A stretch of DNA of 63,582 nucleotides from Puniceicoccales bacterium. GTDB taxonomy: Bacteria; Verrucomicrobiota; Verrucomicrobiia; Opitutales; JAIRKQ01. Location of the stretch: the NCBI GenBank assembly GCA_031257495.1, contig JAIRON010000015.1, positions 1-63,582 of the forward strand. Direction: 5' to 3'. The notes under the pieces were generated by a model. It had not been told where the DNA came from, searched no databases, and was given only the letters and a program-made list of their open reading frames with translations. Below are positions 27,745 through 37,480 of the stretch, piece after piece. A program made the translations under genes and the position numbers. Numbering within the stretch: position 1 is the stretch's first letter; each line of letters starts with the position of its first letter.

Positions 27745-29142
27745 TCACTTTTTCACAATACTAAAACCATTTGTAGTGTCATTCACAAACCACCCAGCAG
27801 CTTCGACTTGCTGGCGTAGCTCATCCGCAAGGGTATAATTTTTTTGCAGTTTTGCCTGCCAACGTCTGTTGGCCAATTTTTGAACATCGGTCGGGACTGA
27901 AACATTTTCCCGTTCCAAACGCAACCCAAGAGCATATTTTATGGTGAAAAATTCCCTAGCTAAAGCAATTTTTTGATCGACATTTAATTTATTAACATTC
28001 ACATCGCCAAGCCATTTAAACAAATTGCCTAGGCAGAGTGGCACGTTCAAGTCGTTTAGTAGGGCATGGTAAACTTCCCCTAAAAAAGACCAATTTTCCG
28101 GACAGGCCGACTCGCCATCTTCGAAAAATTCTGCTAAAATTTCGCCTTGCTTGGCAAGCTTCTTCAATGCATTGTCCGCAGCATGCAATCCATTCATTGT
28201 AAAGTTGAGCGGTTGCCGATAATGCCCAGAAATGAGACAATAACGCAGGGCATTGGGGCTAAAGCCGGCTTCTTCGATTTGGTGTAAAGTATACATATTC
28301 CCCAAGCTTTTCGACATCTTCGCTCCATCCACTGTTAGGTGTGCAATGTGCATCCAATGGCGTACAAACTCCTTCCCCGTACATGCTTCCGATTGCGCAA
28401 TTTCATTCTCATGGTGGGGGAAACACAAATCAATCCCACCAGCATGAAGATCCACCGTTTCGCCCAGGTATTTTATCGCCATTGCGCTACATTCGATGTG
28501 CCAACCGGGACGCCCATCTCCCCAGGGGCTTTTCCAAAAATTTTCCCCATCTTCCGGTTTACGCGCTTTCCAAAGCACAAAATCTGAAACATCTTCTCGG
28601 TCATATTCATCGGCTACGTTCCGTTTACCAGCACTGTCGGAGGCTTGCGTTTGCAATTCGCGTTCGCCCACGTTGGACAAACGGCCATATTTTTCAAAGG
28701 AACTTACCCGGAAATACACGGACCCTTCCGATTCATAGGCATGTCCACCTTCTATTAATGCCTCAATCATGGCAATTTGTTCACTTATGTGCTCCGTTGC
28801 TCGAGGCTCTACGTCCGGGCGCAAAATGTTCAATCTGTCACAATCTCCGTGAAAAATATCGGTGTATTTTTTCGTAAAGTCCGAAAGAACTTCTCCGAAT
28901 TTTTGGGAATCGCGAATGGTTTTGTCATCCACATCGGTGATATTGCGCACCACAAAGGGTCGGCAGCCGGTCAACTTTAAAACGCGCACCAATACATCTT
29001 CGATCAAATAAGTGCGAAAATTGCCAATATGGGCGTAATTGTAAACTGTCGGTCCGCAAAAATATATTCCAAAATGTTTCCCCGAAGAAACAACCCGTTC
29101 GAGGCGCTTTGTTAGGGTGTTGTAAAGCGTGAGATTATTCAT
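27745..29142 (-). CDS. cysS: cysteine--tRNA ligase
   Basis: CGPTVYNYAHIGNFRTY (HIGH), GWHIECSAM, KMSKSLGN. Confidence 0.95.
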   Translation of the reverse strand: MNNLTLYNTLTKRLERVVSSGKHFGIYFCGPTVYNYAHIGNFRTYLIEDVLVRVLKLTGCRPFVVRNITDVDDKTIRDSQKFGEVLSDFTKKYTDIFHGDCDRLNILRPDVEPRATEHISEQIAMIEALIEGGHAYESEGSVYFRVSSFEKYGRLSNVGERELQTQASDSAGKRNVADEYDREDVSDFVLWKARKPEDGENFWKSPWGDGRPGWHIECSAMAIKYLGETVDLHAGGIDLCFPHHENEIAQSEACTGKEFVRHWMHIAHLTVDGAKMSKSLGNMYTLHQIEEAGFSPNALRYCLISGHYRQPLNFTMNGLHAADNALKKLAKQGEILAEFFEDGESACPENWSFLGEVYHALLNDLNVPLCLGNLFKWLGDVNVNKLNVDQKIALAREFFTIKYALGLRLERENVSVPTDVQKLANRRWQAKLQKNYTLADELRQQVEAAGWFVNDTTNGFSIVKK

Positions 29143-29159
29143 CGCATCATAAAAAATAA

Positions 29160-31304
29160 TTACTCACCATATAGTCCACTGCGTATGAGCAGAGGTTCAA
29201 GCTTTGGGTCGCGGCCCATAAAATTGCGGTAAAGCACATCCGCATCCTCGCTGTCCCCCTGGGATAGGATTTTTTGCCGAAATTGGTGGCCAATTTCTTC
29301 ACTCAACACTCCGCTGTCATGAAAACGCGTAAATGCATCCGCATCAAGCACTTCCGCCCATTTGTATGAATAATATCCCGCGGAATATCCGCCACAAAAG
29401 ATATGGGAAAATTGCAACATAAGCGTCGGAACTTTTTCTTCAAATTGCACGCGATAGGGCTTCAAAACGGTGCTCAAATTTTCCTCGATGTCACAATTTT
29501 TGTAGGCTTTATAGTTGTGATGTAATTCTAGATCCAATTTTGCGAGACACAGCTGCCCCATCATGGCCATGCCTGACTGATGGTTACGCGCTGTAAACAT
29601 TTTATTAAACAATTCATCGGGAATTTTTTTACCAGTTTGATAGTGCCGTGCAAATAGGTCCAGGCTAGTCCGATCCCAGCAAAAATTTTCCATAATCTGC
29701 GACGGCATCTCGACAAAATCCCAGGCAACGCTCATGCCGTTCAAAGACTTGTATTTTACTTTGCCAAACATGTGGTGCATAAGGTGGCCAAATTCGTGAA
29801 AAATCGTTTCCACTTCGTGGTGAGTAAGCAGAGATGGTGATGATTCTGTCGATGGCGTTAAATTGCCACAAATCACACCAACAGGGTTTTGCCAGTGGCC
29901 ATGGCGGTCGTTCCCTCCTTTAAAAAGATCACTAGCCCATGCACCTCCACGCTTCGGTTTGCGAGGATACCAATCGGCATAAAAGCTCCCTATATAGGCA
30001 CCGGTCTCGTCGAAAACATCGTAAAATTTCACATCTTTGTGCCAAACGGAAGCTTCATCGCTAGGGGTTGCGGCATGCCTATCCTCAGAAAAAAATGTTT
30101 TGCATTCGAAAATTTTTATGCCGTAGAGTCGGTGAACAATTTCGAATAACCCCGAAATCACGTTCTCCATCTTAAAATATGGTCGCAATAATTCCGATTC
30201 GAAGTCATATTTTTTCTGCCTCAATTTTTCGGAATAATAGGATACATTCCACGGCTTAAGCTTGGAGTTTACATCTCCGGTATACTCCTTGATAAATTTT
30301 CGTAATTCCTCCACATCTCGCTGAAAATATTTGGCGGATTTGCCATATAAATCTTCGATAAATTTGAGAGCCGTTTTGCCATTTTTTGCCATCCTATGAT
30401 GGAGAACCATATCCGCATGGGTTTTATAACCAAGGAGCTTTGCCCGTTCATCGCGCAGCTTTAAAATTTCTTCAACCAGTGATGAATTATCGTACTTACC
30501 CGTACGACCCACCGTTAGCGATGCCTCGAACAATTCTTTACGCAAGTTGTCGTCATCCAGATACTGCATACACGGCCCCAAACTTGGCGCATCCAGTGAT
30601 AGGCGATAGCCACTGTGCCCATGGCGCTTGGCATCGGTGGCGAGTACATCCAACGCGGTTTTTGGCAAACCCTTTAAGGTTTCAACGTTGTCTACGTATT
30701 TTTCCCATGCGTTCCGCGAATCCAAGCAATTTTCTGAAAATTCTTGCGTTTTTTGCGACAGTTCCAGAGAAATTTGTTTCAGACGTTCCCGCTGTTCCCG
30801 AGGAAGGTCCGCCCCTCCGTCCCGAAAGCCATCAACGGTTCTTTGCAGCAAGCGCTTATCAATTGGAGGTAAATTTTTCACATCTTTAAACTCGGAATAT
30901 GCCTTGACTCGCTCCCATAGAGCGTCATTCAGGATGATGTTTGAACCGAATTCAACCACTTCCGGCAATACTGCGTTGTATGCTTCGCGTAATTCATCCG
31001 AATTGCAAACCTCGTTAAGGTGTGAAACCCTATTCCAAGCTATGTCAAGGATATCCCCCCCATGTTCGAGCGCGAGAATCGTGTTTTCAAAAGTTAAAGA
31101 ATCTTTGGGCAAAGCAGCAATGGCATCCACATCTCTCTGGGCTTTCTCAATCGCTGTGCGCACATCGCCTATAACGTAGGCCGTGGACAATGTTTGCCAA
31201 TCGGTAAACTTCTTTTCGACTAAAAAGGGATGCTTTTCACCTTCCATAGCTGATGCTTGTAAAAAACTACACTTCAAAAACAAGAACAATGTAATTGCAT
31301 TCAT
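29160..31304 (-). CDS. M3-family zinc metallopeptidase (oligopeptidase A / peptidyl-dipeptidase Dcp-like)
   Basis: FHEFGHLMHH zinc motif and a roughly 700-aa M3 layout. The N-terminal MNAITLFLFLKCSFLQASA looks like a signal peptide; an alternative start is the ATG at 31247. Confidence 0.88.
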   Translation of the reverse strand: MNAITLFLFLKCSFLQASAMEGEKHPFLVEKKFTDWQTLSTAYVIGDVRTAIEKAQRDVDAIAALPKDSLTFENTILALEHGGDILDIAWNRVSHLNEVCNSDELREAYNAVLPEVVEFGSNIILNDALWERVKAYSEFKDVKNLPPIDKRLLQRTVDGFRDGGADLPREQRERLKQISLELSQKTQEFSENCLDSRNAWEKYVDNVETLKGLPKTALDVLATDAKRHGHSGYRLSLDAPSLGPCMQYLDDDNLRKELFEASLTVGRTGKYDNSSLVEEILKLRDERAKLLGYKTHADMVLHHRMAKNGKTALKFIEDLYGKSAKYFQRDVEELRKFIKEYTGDVNSKLKPWNVSYYSEKLRQKKYDFESELLRPYFKMENVISGLFEIVHRLYGIKIFECKTFFSEDRHAATPSDEASVWHKDVKFYDVFDETGAYIGSFYADWYPRKPKRGGAWASDLFKGGNDRHGHWQNPVGVICGNLTPSTESSPSLLTHHEVETIFHEFGHLMHHMFGKVKYKSLNGMSVAWDFVEMPSQIMENFCWDRTSLDLFARHYQTGKKIPDELFNKMFTARNHQSGMAMMGQLCLAKLDLELHHNYKAYKNCDIEENLSTVLKPYRVQFEEKVPTLMLQFSHIFCGGYSAGYYSYKWAEVLDADAFTRFHDSGVLSEEIGHQFRQKILSQGDSEDADVLYRNFMGRDPKLEPLLIRSGLYGE

Positions 31305-31415
31305 AGGCCCAATAATTCGAGCACTGATATACTTGGCAAAACAAAATCACTGCTATCACCTGTCAGCACAAACCTAGGCCGGTAAGCGCATATCATTGCC
31401 ATCGTTGTTCCTTTC

Positions 31416-32330
31416 TTACTTGGAAGCAGTTATCTTTTCTAATTCGGCTATTAAATCCATATGCTTTTTTCCCATAGCTTCGGCTTCTCGGAGGCATTCA
31501 TACAGATCTTTTATTTTTTCTAAAAGCTCGATAAAATCTTCGTCTGAGAAGGATTTTGGCTTCGAATCGGCAATGGGTTCATCCACATCAGCAAGACTTG
31601 TCCGATTCGTTTCGCTTCTAGGGTCTCCACTATCCGAATCAGAGGATTCAAAAAATACCACCTCCCGACTTACTTCGAATTTTTCCTTGCTAGGTAAGGG
31701 AATCCCTGTTGTTTCATCACATAAATCTTTGTAAGTGTAAGTAGTTCTTTCTACTCCAGCTTCCGGCTCTTTAGCAATTCTTCCATTAGAGTTATTGGAA
31801 TCAGAAATATCGAAAATGTTGAAGTCTTCAGGTGTTTCAACGCCTTCTTTCTCTTCCTCTTCTTCCTCCAATTCTTCACTTTCTGTTTCCGATACGAATA
31901 GATTTGTTTCGCTCGATTCCGTGTCCTCCGTTTGACGAATATCTACTGGCATGCCATCCTCTTTTTCGATTGAAATCTCATATTCGTATTCATTTTCGCC
32001 TTTCGTGGCGACTTGCACCTTTTTTGGTCCCATTTCATCTTCTTGTCCAGAGTCAGACGAGGATGTTTCCCGCGTATCTGGAGATTGTACCTGCTTTTTT
32101 ACCGAACTAATTAAATCTAATTCAAGTATGATATTATCCTCCAAGGAAATCCGAAGATGGGGATTTTTTTCTAGATCTACGACCGTAACGGTGTGTGGTT
32201 GGTCGGACGCACCGAAAACTTCTGCTAAAGTACTCACGTTAACGGTCTTTTCTAGTGGGCTTCTTCCGCTCGTTTCAGATACCAAAGTAGAAACATTTCC
32301 CCGAAAATTTAAAATATCTTTTATATCCAT
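31416..32330 (-). CDS. hypothetical highly acidic, Ser/Glu/Asp-rich protein
   Basis: 304-aa ORF with long acidic low-complexity runs (SETESEELEEEEEEKEG, ESSDSDSGD). No domain recognised. The coding call rests on length and a clean frame. Confidence 0.55.
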   Translation of the reverse strand: MDIKDILNFRGNVSTLVSETSGRSPLEKTVNVSTLAEVFGASDQPHTVTVVDLEKNPHLRISLEDNIILELDLISSVKKQVQSPDTRETSSSDSGQEDEMGPKKVQVATKGENEYEYEISIEKEDGMPVDIRQTEDTESSETNLFVSETESEELEEEEEEKEGVETPEDFNIFDISDSNNSNGRIAKEPEAGVERTTYTYKDLCDETTGIPLPSKEKFEVSREVVFFESSDSDSGDPRSETNRTSLADVDEPIADSKPKSFSDEDFIELLEKIKDLYECLREAEAMGKKHMDLIAELEKITASK

Positions 32331-32419
32331 GCGCTATTAAAATCTGTTCCTTGATAAAGAACAAGAAAATTTTATTAAAATTTGCGTTTTTCAATGGTAT
32401 CCTTAGAGCATGTTAGCCT

Positions 32420-33046
32420 ATGTATAAGTTTACGAGCAAAATGAACTGCGAAGAAAAGTGCGACGATGAGTGTGAAGATGAGGAGAAAAGCAGGCATAGC
32501 TCTTGCAATTCGATGATACAAAAGCGCTTTTTAAAGGAGCGTAAAATATTTCTTTGGGGCGAAGTAAATGATGAATCCGCCAAGGATATTACGGAAAAGT
32601 TACTGTACTTGGAAATAGTGGATCCAAGCTTGCCCATTGATTTTTTCATCAACACTCCGGGTGGCTCCATTACGGCAGGAATGGCGATGTACGATACAAT
32701 GAAGCTCATAAAGTCACAGATGCGTGTGATTGTCACCGGACTCGCTGCCAGCATGGGATCTATCCTGCTCTGCGGAGCAAAGAAGGGCAACAGGTTCATA
32801 TACCCCAATGCTCGCGTTCTCATTCACCAACCGCTGATCATGGGACAGATCGCGGGACCGGCCATTGATATCAATATACAGGCTAAGGAGATGGAAAAGA
32901 CCCGCGACGAATTGAACAGGATTTTGGCAGAATCATCCGGGCAGCCCTTGGAAAAAATCACCAAGGATACGGACCGTGACTTTTACATGAACGCGCGTGA
33001 AGCAATAGAATATGGCCTTGCCGATCAAATTATTACGGAAATTTGA
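32420..33046 (+). CDS. clpP: ATP-dependent Clp protease proteolytic subunit (ClpP1-like, atypical N-terminus)
   Basis: Catalytic triad context TGLAASMGS (Ser), LIHQP (His) and DTDRDFYM (Asp). No clpX is adjacent. Confidence 0.9.
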   Translation: MYKFTSKMNCEEKCDDECEDEEKSRHSSCNSMIQKRFLKERKIFLWGEVNDESAKDITEKLLYLEIVDPSLPIDFFINTPGGSITAGMAMYDTMKLIKSQMRVIVTGLAASMGSILLCGAKKGNRFIYPNARVLIHQPLIMGQIAGPAIDINIQAKEMEKTRDELNRILAESSGQPLEKITKDTDRDFYMNAREAIEYGLADQIITEI

Positions 33047-34065
33047 TGATCGTAAAAGGCGATGTTATAAATATCGTATTTTGCTGTGACGATAGGTTTG
33101 CCGGCCCATTGCAAGTGGCAGCCATGTCAGCCGCTGTAAGCACGTCTTCCAATGTGGCCATTTATGTGGTTGATTGTGGCATATCTCCGGAAAACAAAAA
33201 TACTCTGCAAACATGGAAGGGAAAATTTGGCAATGTTACCAATGTTATCTTCAGGAAACCTCCCAGAGAAAAAATTTTCGATGCCTTTCCCATAGCTTTT
33301 CATTTTTCTCCAGCAGTGTTCTACCGTTTGGCTATAAGTAGAACATTTCCGGAGCTGAAACGTGCCATATACATGGATTGCGACGTCATTATAGTGGATG
33401 ACATAGACTTGCTCTGGAGCGTCGACCTCGGCGAACACCCATTCGGAGCGGTAAATGAAGAGACAAATTTCTTTTCGTCGCAAGATATGGTGCAACGAAA
33501 AGCCAAAGTCGGTATCCCGCCGGAGCGTACGTATATGCTCTCGGGTGTGTTGCTTATCGACTGCAAGCGCTTCGAGGAGGCAAAAATATTTGAGAAAGTT
33601 TTGCAATTTATCAGCGGATGTAAGAAATTGCTGCCCTGTCCGGAACAAGATGCTATGAATATCTGCCTGTCTCCGGACGAACACCTGTCCCTTGGCCCAA
33701 AATTTAATTTCACACCCTTTGCACCATTAGCTTGTCGATGCCTAAAAAACATAAAAAGGCCTGTCATTGTACATTATTCCTGCTACAAACCCTGGAATTT
33801 TAATAAAAAGCTTGTCCATACATTATGCAAACTGCGGTTACTCCGCCACAGTTTTCGTTTCATTAAAGAGTACTGGTCGTACTCGGACCGGGTCGATGAA
33901 CATACTTTTTCGTCGTCTAGCACAAAGCAGACCTGGCGTTTTGTGTATAAACGTCTGTTCGGTGGGATTGAATATTTTGTTGCGAAAAAAATTAGAAACG
34001 GCCTAATTCGCTTGTGGAGGAACAGGCACGGAAGAGAGAAATGGACAATAAAAAAGTCATATTGA
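33046..34065 (+). CDS. glycosyltransferase family 8 (LPS/LOS glycosyltransferase-like)
   Basis: NIVFCCDDRFAGPLQVAAMS, YMDCDVIIVDDI (DxD) and HYSCYKPW. The ATG overlaps the clpP TGA (TGATG), and the 3' end overlaps the trpS start. Confidence 0.8.
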   Translation: MIVKGDVINIVFCCDDRFAGPLQVAAMSAAVSTSSNVAIYVVDCGISPENKNTLQTWKGKFGNVTNVIFRKPPREKIFDAFPIAFHFSPAVFYRLAISRTFPELKRAIYMDCDVIIVDDIDLLWSVDLGEHPFGAVNEETNFFSSQDMVQRKAKVGIPPERTYMLSGVLLIDCKRFEEAKIFEKVLQFISGCKKLLPCPEQDAMNICLSPDEHLSLGPKFNFTPFAPLACRCLKNIKRPVIVHYSCYKPWNFNKKLVHTLCKLRLLRHSFRFIKEYWSYSDRVDEHTFSSSSTKQTWRFVYKRLFGGIEYFVAKKIRNGLIRLWRNRHGREKWTIKKSY

Positions 34066-35042
34066 CCGGTATGCAACCCACGGGAAAGCTGCATTTGGGA
34101 AGCTTACTTGGTGCGCTGGATAATTGGTGCCGCATGCTGGATTCTTACGACTGTTTATTTTTTCTGGCTGACCAACACGCCATAACAATGCCCCACGTTC
34201 CTGTCGAATTGAGAAGGAACGTCATAGACTCCGTTGCCCAATATATCGCCTGTGGCCTCGATCCAAAAAAGTGCAAAATTTTCCTCCAATCACAGATCAT
34301 CGGCCATGCGGAACTCATGTGGATACTGAGCTGCTTGACTTCAATTGGCCAATTGGAACGAATGACGCAGTTCAAGGATAAATCCAAAAAAGTGGGAAAG
34401 TTTGTTTGCTCCGGCCTGCTATTTTACCCGATCCTGATGGCGGCGGATATATTGCTATACAATGCCAACCTTGTCCCGGTCGGTGAAGACCAGAAACAAC
34501 ACCTGGAAATCACCCGCGATATCGCACAGAAATTTAACGGGACCTATTCGGATACGTTTGTTTTGCCCGAACCATACATAGGGCAGACTGGCGCACGCAT
34601 AATGTCCCTGCAAAATCCAACGGTTAAGATGTCAAAGTCCGACAAAAATCAAAACGGCGTGGTGTACATAACGGATACAGATGAGATAATCCGCAAAAAA
34701 ATCACCGGTGCTATTACGGACTCCGGCAATGAAATAGCGTTCGATGAAAAAAATAAACCTGGCATATCAAATTTGCTAAATATCTTTGCAGCGATCGAAG
34801 GAATCAGCATTGAAGAAGCGGTGAAACAATTTTCCTCCCTAACAAGTTACGTTCCCTTTAAGCAGGCTGTTGCCGACGCTGTCATCGGGAAAGTTTCCCC
34901 TATGCGGGAGAAATATGGTGAAATTGTACAAGACAAAGATTACCTAGTGGCAGTCTTGCGTGCCGGTAGGGAAGAAGCTCAACAACGGGCAAACAAAATG
35001 ATCAGTAAAGTTTACCGCAAGGTGGGTTTTGTAATGGAGTAG
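34041..35042 (+). CDS. trpS: tryptophan--tRNA ligase
   Basis: TGMQPTGKLHLGSLLGA (HIGH-type), KMSKSD, and a typical length of 333 aa from the ATG at 34041 with ggaagagag upstream. Confidence 0.95.
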   Translation: MDNKKVILTGMQPTGKLHLGSLLGALDNWCRMLDSYDCLFFLADQHAITMPHVPVELRRNVIDSVAQYIACGLDPKKCKIFLQSQIIGHAELMWILSCLTSIGQLERMTQFKDKSKKVGKFVCSGLLFYPILMAADILLYNANLVPVGEDQKQHLEITRDIAQKFNGTYSDTFVLPEPYIGQTGARIMSLQNPTVKMSKSDKNQNGVVYITDTDEIIRKKITGAITDSGNEIAFDEKNKPGISNLLNIFAAIEGISIEEAVKQFSSLTSYVPFKQAVADAVIGKVSPMREKYGEIVQDKDYLVAVLRAGREEAQQRANKMISKVYRKVGFVME

Positions 35043-35050
35043 GAGCGGCA

Positions 35051-37480
35051 ATGAAAAAATTGGTGATCGCAGAAAAGCCCAGTGTAGCCGCTGATCTAGC
35101 TAAAGTCCTTGGTAAACTCAAAAAAACGGAAACTTGCTATGAGAATGACCAATACATTGTCAGTTGGGCAGTTGGGCACCTTGTCGAGCTGTTTATGCCG
35201 GAAGATATCGATCCCCAACTGAAGCGCTGGTCACTAAAATCACTGCCAATTATCCCGGAAAAATTCGGAACAAAGCCCATAGAAAAAACAAAAAAGCGGT
35301 TTTCTGAACTGAAACAGTTACTTAAACGGGACGACGTCGATGAATTGGTAAATGCATGCGATGCGGGCCGGGAGGGGGAGCTGATTTTTACCTACATCTA
35401 CGAACTGTGCAAATGTAAAAAACCATTCAAGCGCCTGTGGCTATCGTCGATGACGCCAACGGGAATCCGGGATGCCTTTGAGCATCTGCGTGAAAGTGAC
35501 GAAATGCACAATTTACAAGATGCTGCAAAATGTCGCTCGGAAGCGGACTGGCTGATCGGCATCAACGGTACACGGGCAATCACAAAACGCATGTTTTCAT
35601 CCCAATCGAAGCAGATAGCTACCGTTGGCCGCGTGCAAACTCCCACCTTGGCCATGATCGTGAGTCGCGATTGTGAAATTGCAAATTTCAAGCCAACGAA
35701 ATATTGGCGTCTCATAGGTGAATTTGAAATCAAAGAAGGGAAATACCAAGGTGTTTTTCAAAGGCCCGAAAAAATTAACGGCAAAGATCCCCACGATCGC
35801 GTCGATCGCCTGTGGACAAAGGAATATGCCGACAAAGTTTTGGCTGCAATTCGGGGCTGCGAACAGGCAGCCGTTAGCGAAAAAAACAAACGTACGTTTC
35901 AGTCAGCACCTCGTCTCTATGATCTCACTTCGCTCCAACGGGAGGCAAATTCACGCTACGGTATGCCTGCCGCCATGACCCTAAAAATTGCCCAGTCACT
36001 CTATGAGCGACATAAATGCCTAACCTATCCACGTACGGATTCCAAGGCGCTGACCGAGGACTACGTATCCACCTGCTACGCCATACTGCAAAGCATCTCC
36101 GGAGAATGCGAAAGATTCGCCAAACACGTCGCCGAGCATAAATTAGTAAACGGCGGAAATAGGAAAATTTTCAACAACAAACAGGTAAGTGACCACTTTG
36201 CCATAATCCCCACAACCCATTTTCCAAAGTCCCTCTCCGAGGAGGAGTCGAAGATTTATAACATGGTCCTTCGCCGCTTCATTGCCGTATTTTATCCCGA
36301 TGCGGAGTACGATGTTACTATGCGTACGAGCACGATTGCCGGGGAATACGCTTTTAAAACGGAGGGGAAGGTGCTGGTCAAATCGGGATGGTTGGAAGTG
36401 TACGGCAAAGCGGACCTTGAGCAAGAATGCACGCTGCCAAAACTAAGCGAAGGGGATAATTTCGAAGCACGCATCATCGAAGTGTGTTCGCAGGAGGATG
36501 AAACGCGGCCGCCCGCTCGCTTCAATGAGGCAACTTTACTGGCCGCCATGGAAGGCGCTGGAAAATTGCTGGATGATAACGAGCTCGCCGAAGCTATGAA
36601 GGAACGTGGACTGGGAACACCGGCAACGCGGGCACAGATCATCGATCACCTGCTCAACCTGCACTACCTCGAACGTGACAGGCGAGAATTGCATTCAACC
36701 AGCAAGGGCGAGGATCTCCTAAATTTTCTGCACGCGCTCAACATAGAAACCCTAGCCGACCCCGCACTGACTGGAGAGTGGGAATACAAGCTTCGGCAAA
36801 TGGAAAGTGGCACATTTCCTCGCCAAACATTTATGCGAGAAATAGCGGAACTCACACAAAAGATTGTGGATAAAGTTCGCAACTACAACGAGAGTGATAG
36901 CACGCTGGCAGAATCGGAAATCATCTGCCCCCTGGACGGTAAACCGCTACTTGAGAGCTTCCGCAGCTATCACAGTCAAGATGGCTCCCTATCCATACCA
37001 AAGTCACTTTGCGGTCGCAAATTCTCACCACAGGAAATTGTCCAGCTAATTGGCGAAAAAAAGCTCGGGCCACTGAGGGGTTTCAAATCCAAGCGTGGTT
37101 CAGAATTTTCAGCAACGATCGTGCTCAACGGAGAAGGCAAGTTGGGCTTCGAGTTTGAAACGAACGGTGAACAGGCATCGCAAATTTCTCCCGAAGAAAT
37201 TGCCACCTACGAAGAGCTTTGCAAGTGCCCCATTTGCGGTGCTCCAATCCTGGCAGCGCCGGAAGCCTACATTTGCAAAAATTACTTCGACAAAAAATGC
37301 AGCTTTCGCATGTCCAAACATATGTTGGACAGAGAGATAGACAGTGAACAATTCTTGAAATTGATCAGCGAAAAATCCACGGACATGCTGGAAAACTTTA
37401 AATCAAAAAAGACGGGCAAGCCATTCAAAGCTCGTCTCATCCTAAAATCCGGCGGCAAAATCGGCTTTGCGTTCAAATAA
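35051..37480 (+). CDS. topB: DNA topoisomerase III with C-terminal zinc-ribbon/Topo_C repeats
   Basis: Toprim start KLVIAEKPSVAADLA, WAVGHLVEL, active-site region LYERHKCLTYPRTDS, and C-terminal CPICG...CKNY cysteine clusters. Confidence 0.88.
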   Translation: MKKLVIAEKPSVAADLAKVLGKLKKTETCYENDQYIVSWAVGHLVELFMPEDIDPQLKRWSLKSLPIIPEKFGTKPIEKTKKRFSELKQLLKRDDVDELVNACDAGREGELIFTYIYELCKCKKPFKRLWLSSMTPTGIRDAFEHLRESDEMHNLQDAAKCRSEADWLIGINGTRAITKRMFSSQSKQIATVGRVQTPTLAMIVSRDCEIANFKPTKYWRLIGEFEIKEGKYQGVFQRPEKINGKDPHDRVDRLWTKEYADKVLAAIRGCEQAAVSEKNKRTFQSAPRLYDLTSLQREANSRYGMPAAMTLKIAQSLYERHKCLTYPRTDSKALTEDYVSTCYAILQSISGECERFAKHVAEHKLVNGGNRKIFNNKQVSDHFAIIPTTHFPKSLSEEESKIYNMVLRRFIAVFYPDAEYDVTMRTSTIAGEYAFKTEGKVLVKSGWLEVYGKADLEQECTLPKLSEGDNFEARIIEVCSQEDETRPPARFNEATLLAAMEGAGKLLDDNELAEAMKERGLGTPATRAQIIDHLLNLHYLERDRRELHSTSKGEDLLNFLHALNIETLADPALTGEWEYKLRQMESGTFPRQTFMREIAELTQKIVDKVRNYNESDSTLAESEIICPLDGKPLLESFRSYHSQDGSLSIPKSLCGRKFSPQEIVQLIGEKKLGPLRGFKSKRGSEFSATIVLNGEGKLGFEFETNGEQASQISPEEIATYEELCKCPICGAPILAAPEAYICKNYFDKKCSFRMSKHMLDREIDSEQFLKLISEKSTDMLENFKSKKTGKPFKARLILKSGGKIGFAFK

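Noticed and set aside
28341-28877. 178-aa plus-strand ORF antisense to cysS; likewise 30386-31179 antisense to the M3 peptidase, 53023-53622 antisense to the PBP2-like gene, and 33127-33767 antisense to GT8
   Set aside because: All lie fully within strongly supported genes on the other strand and have Arg/Ser/Pro-rich, motif-free translations typical of antisense frames.
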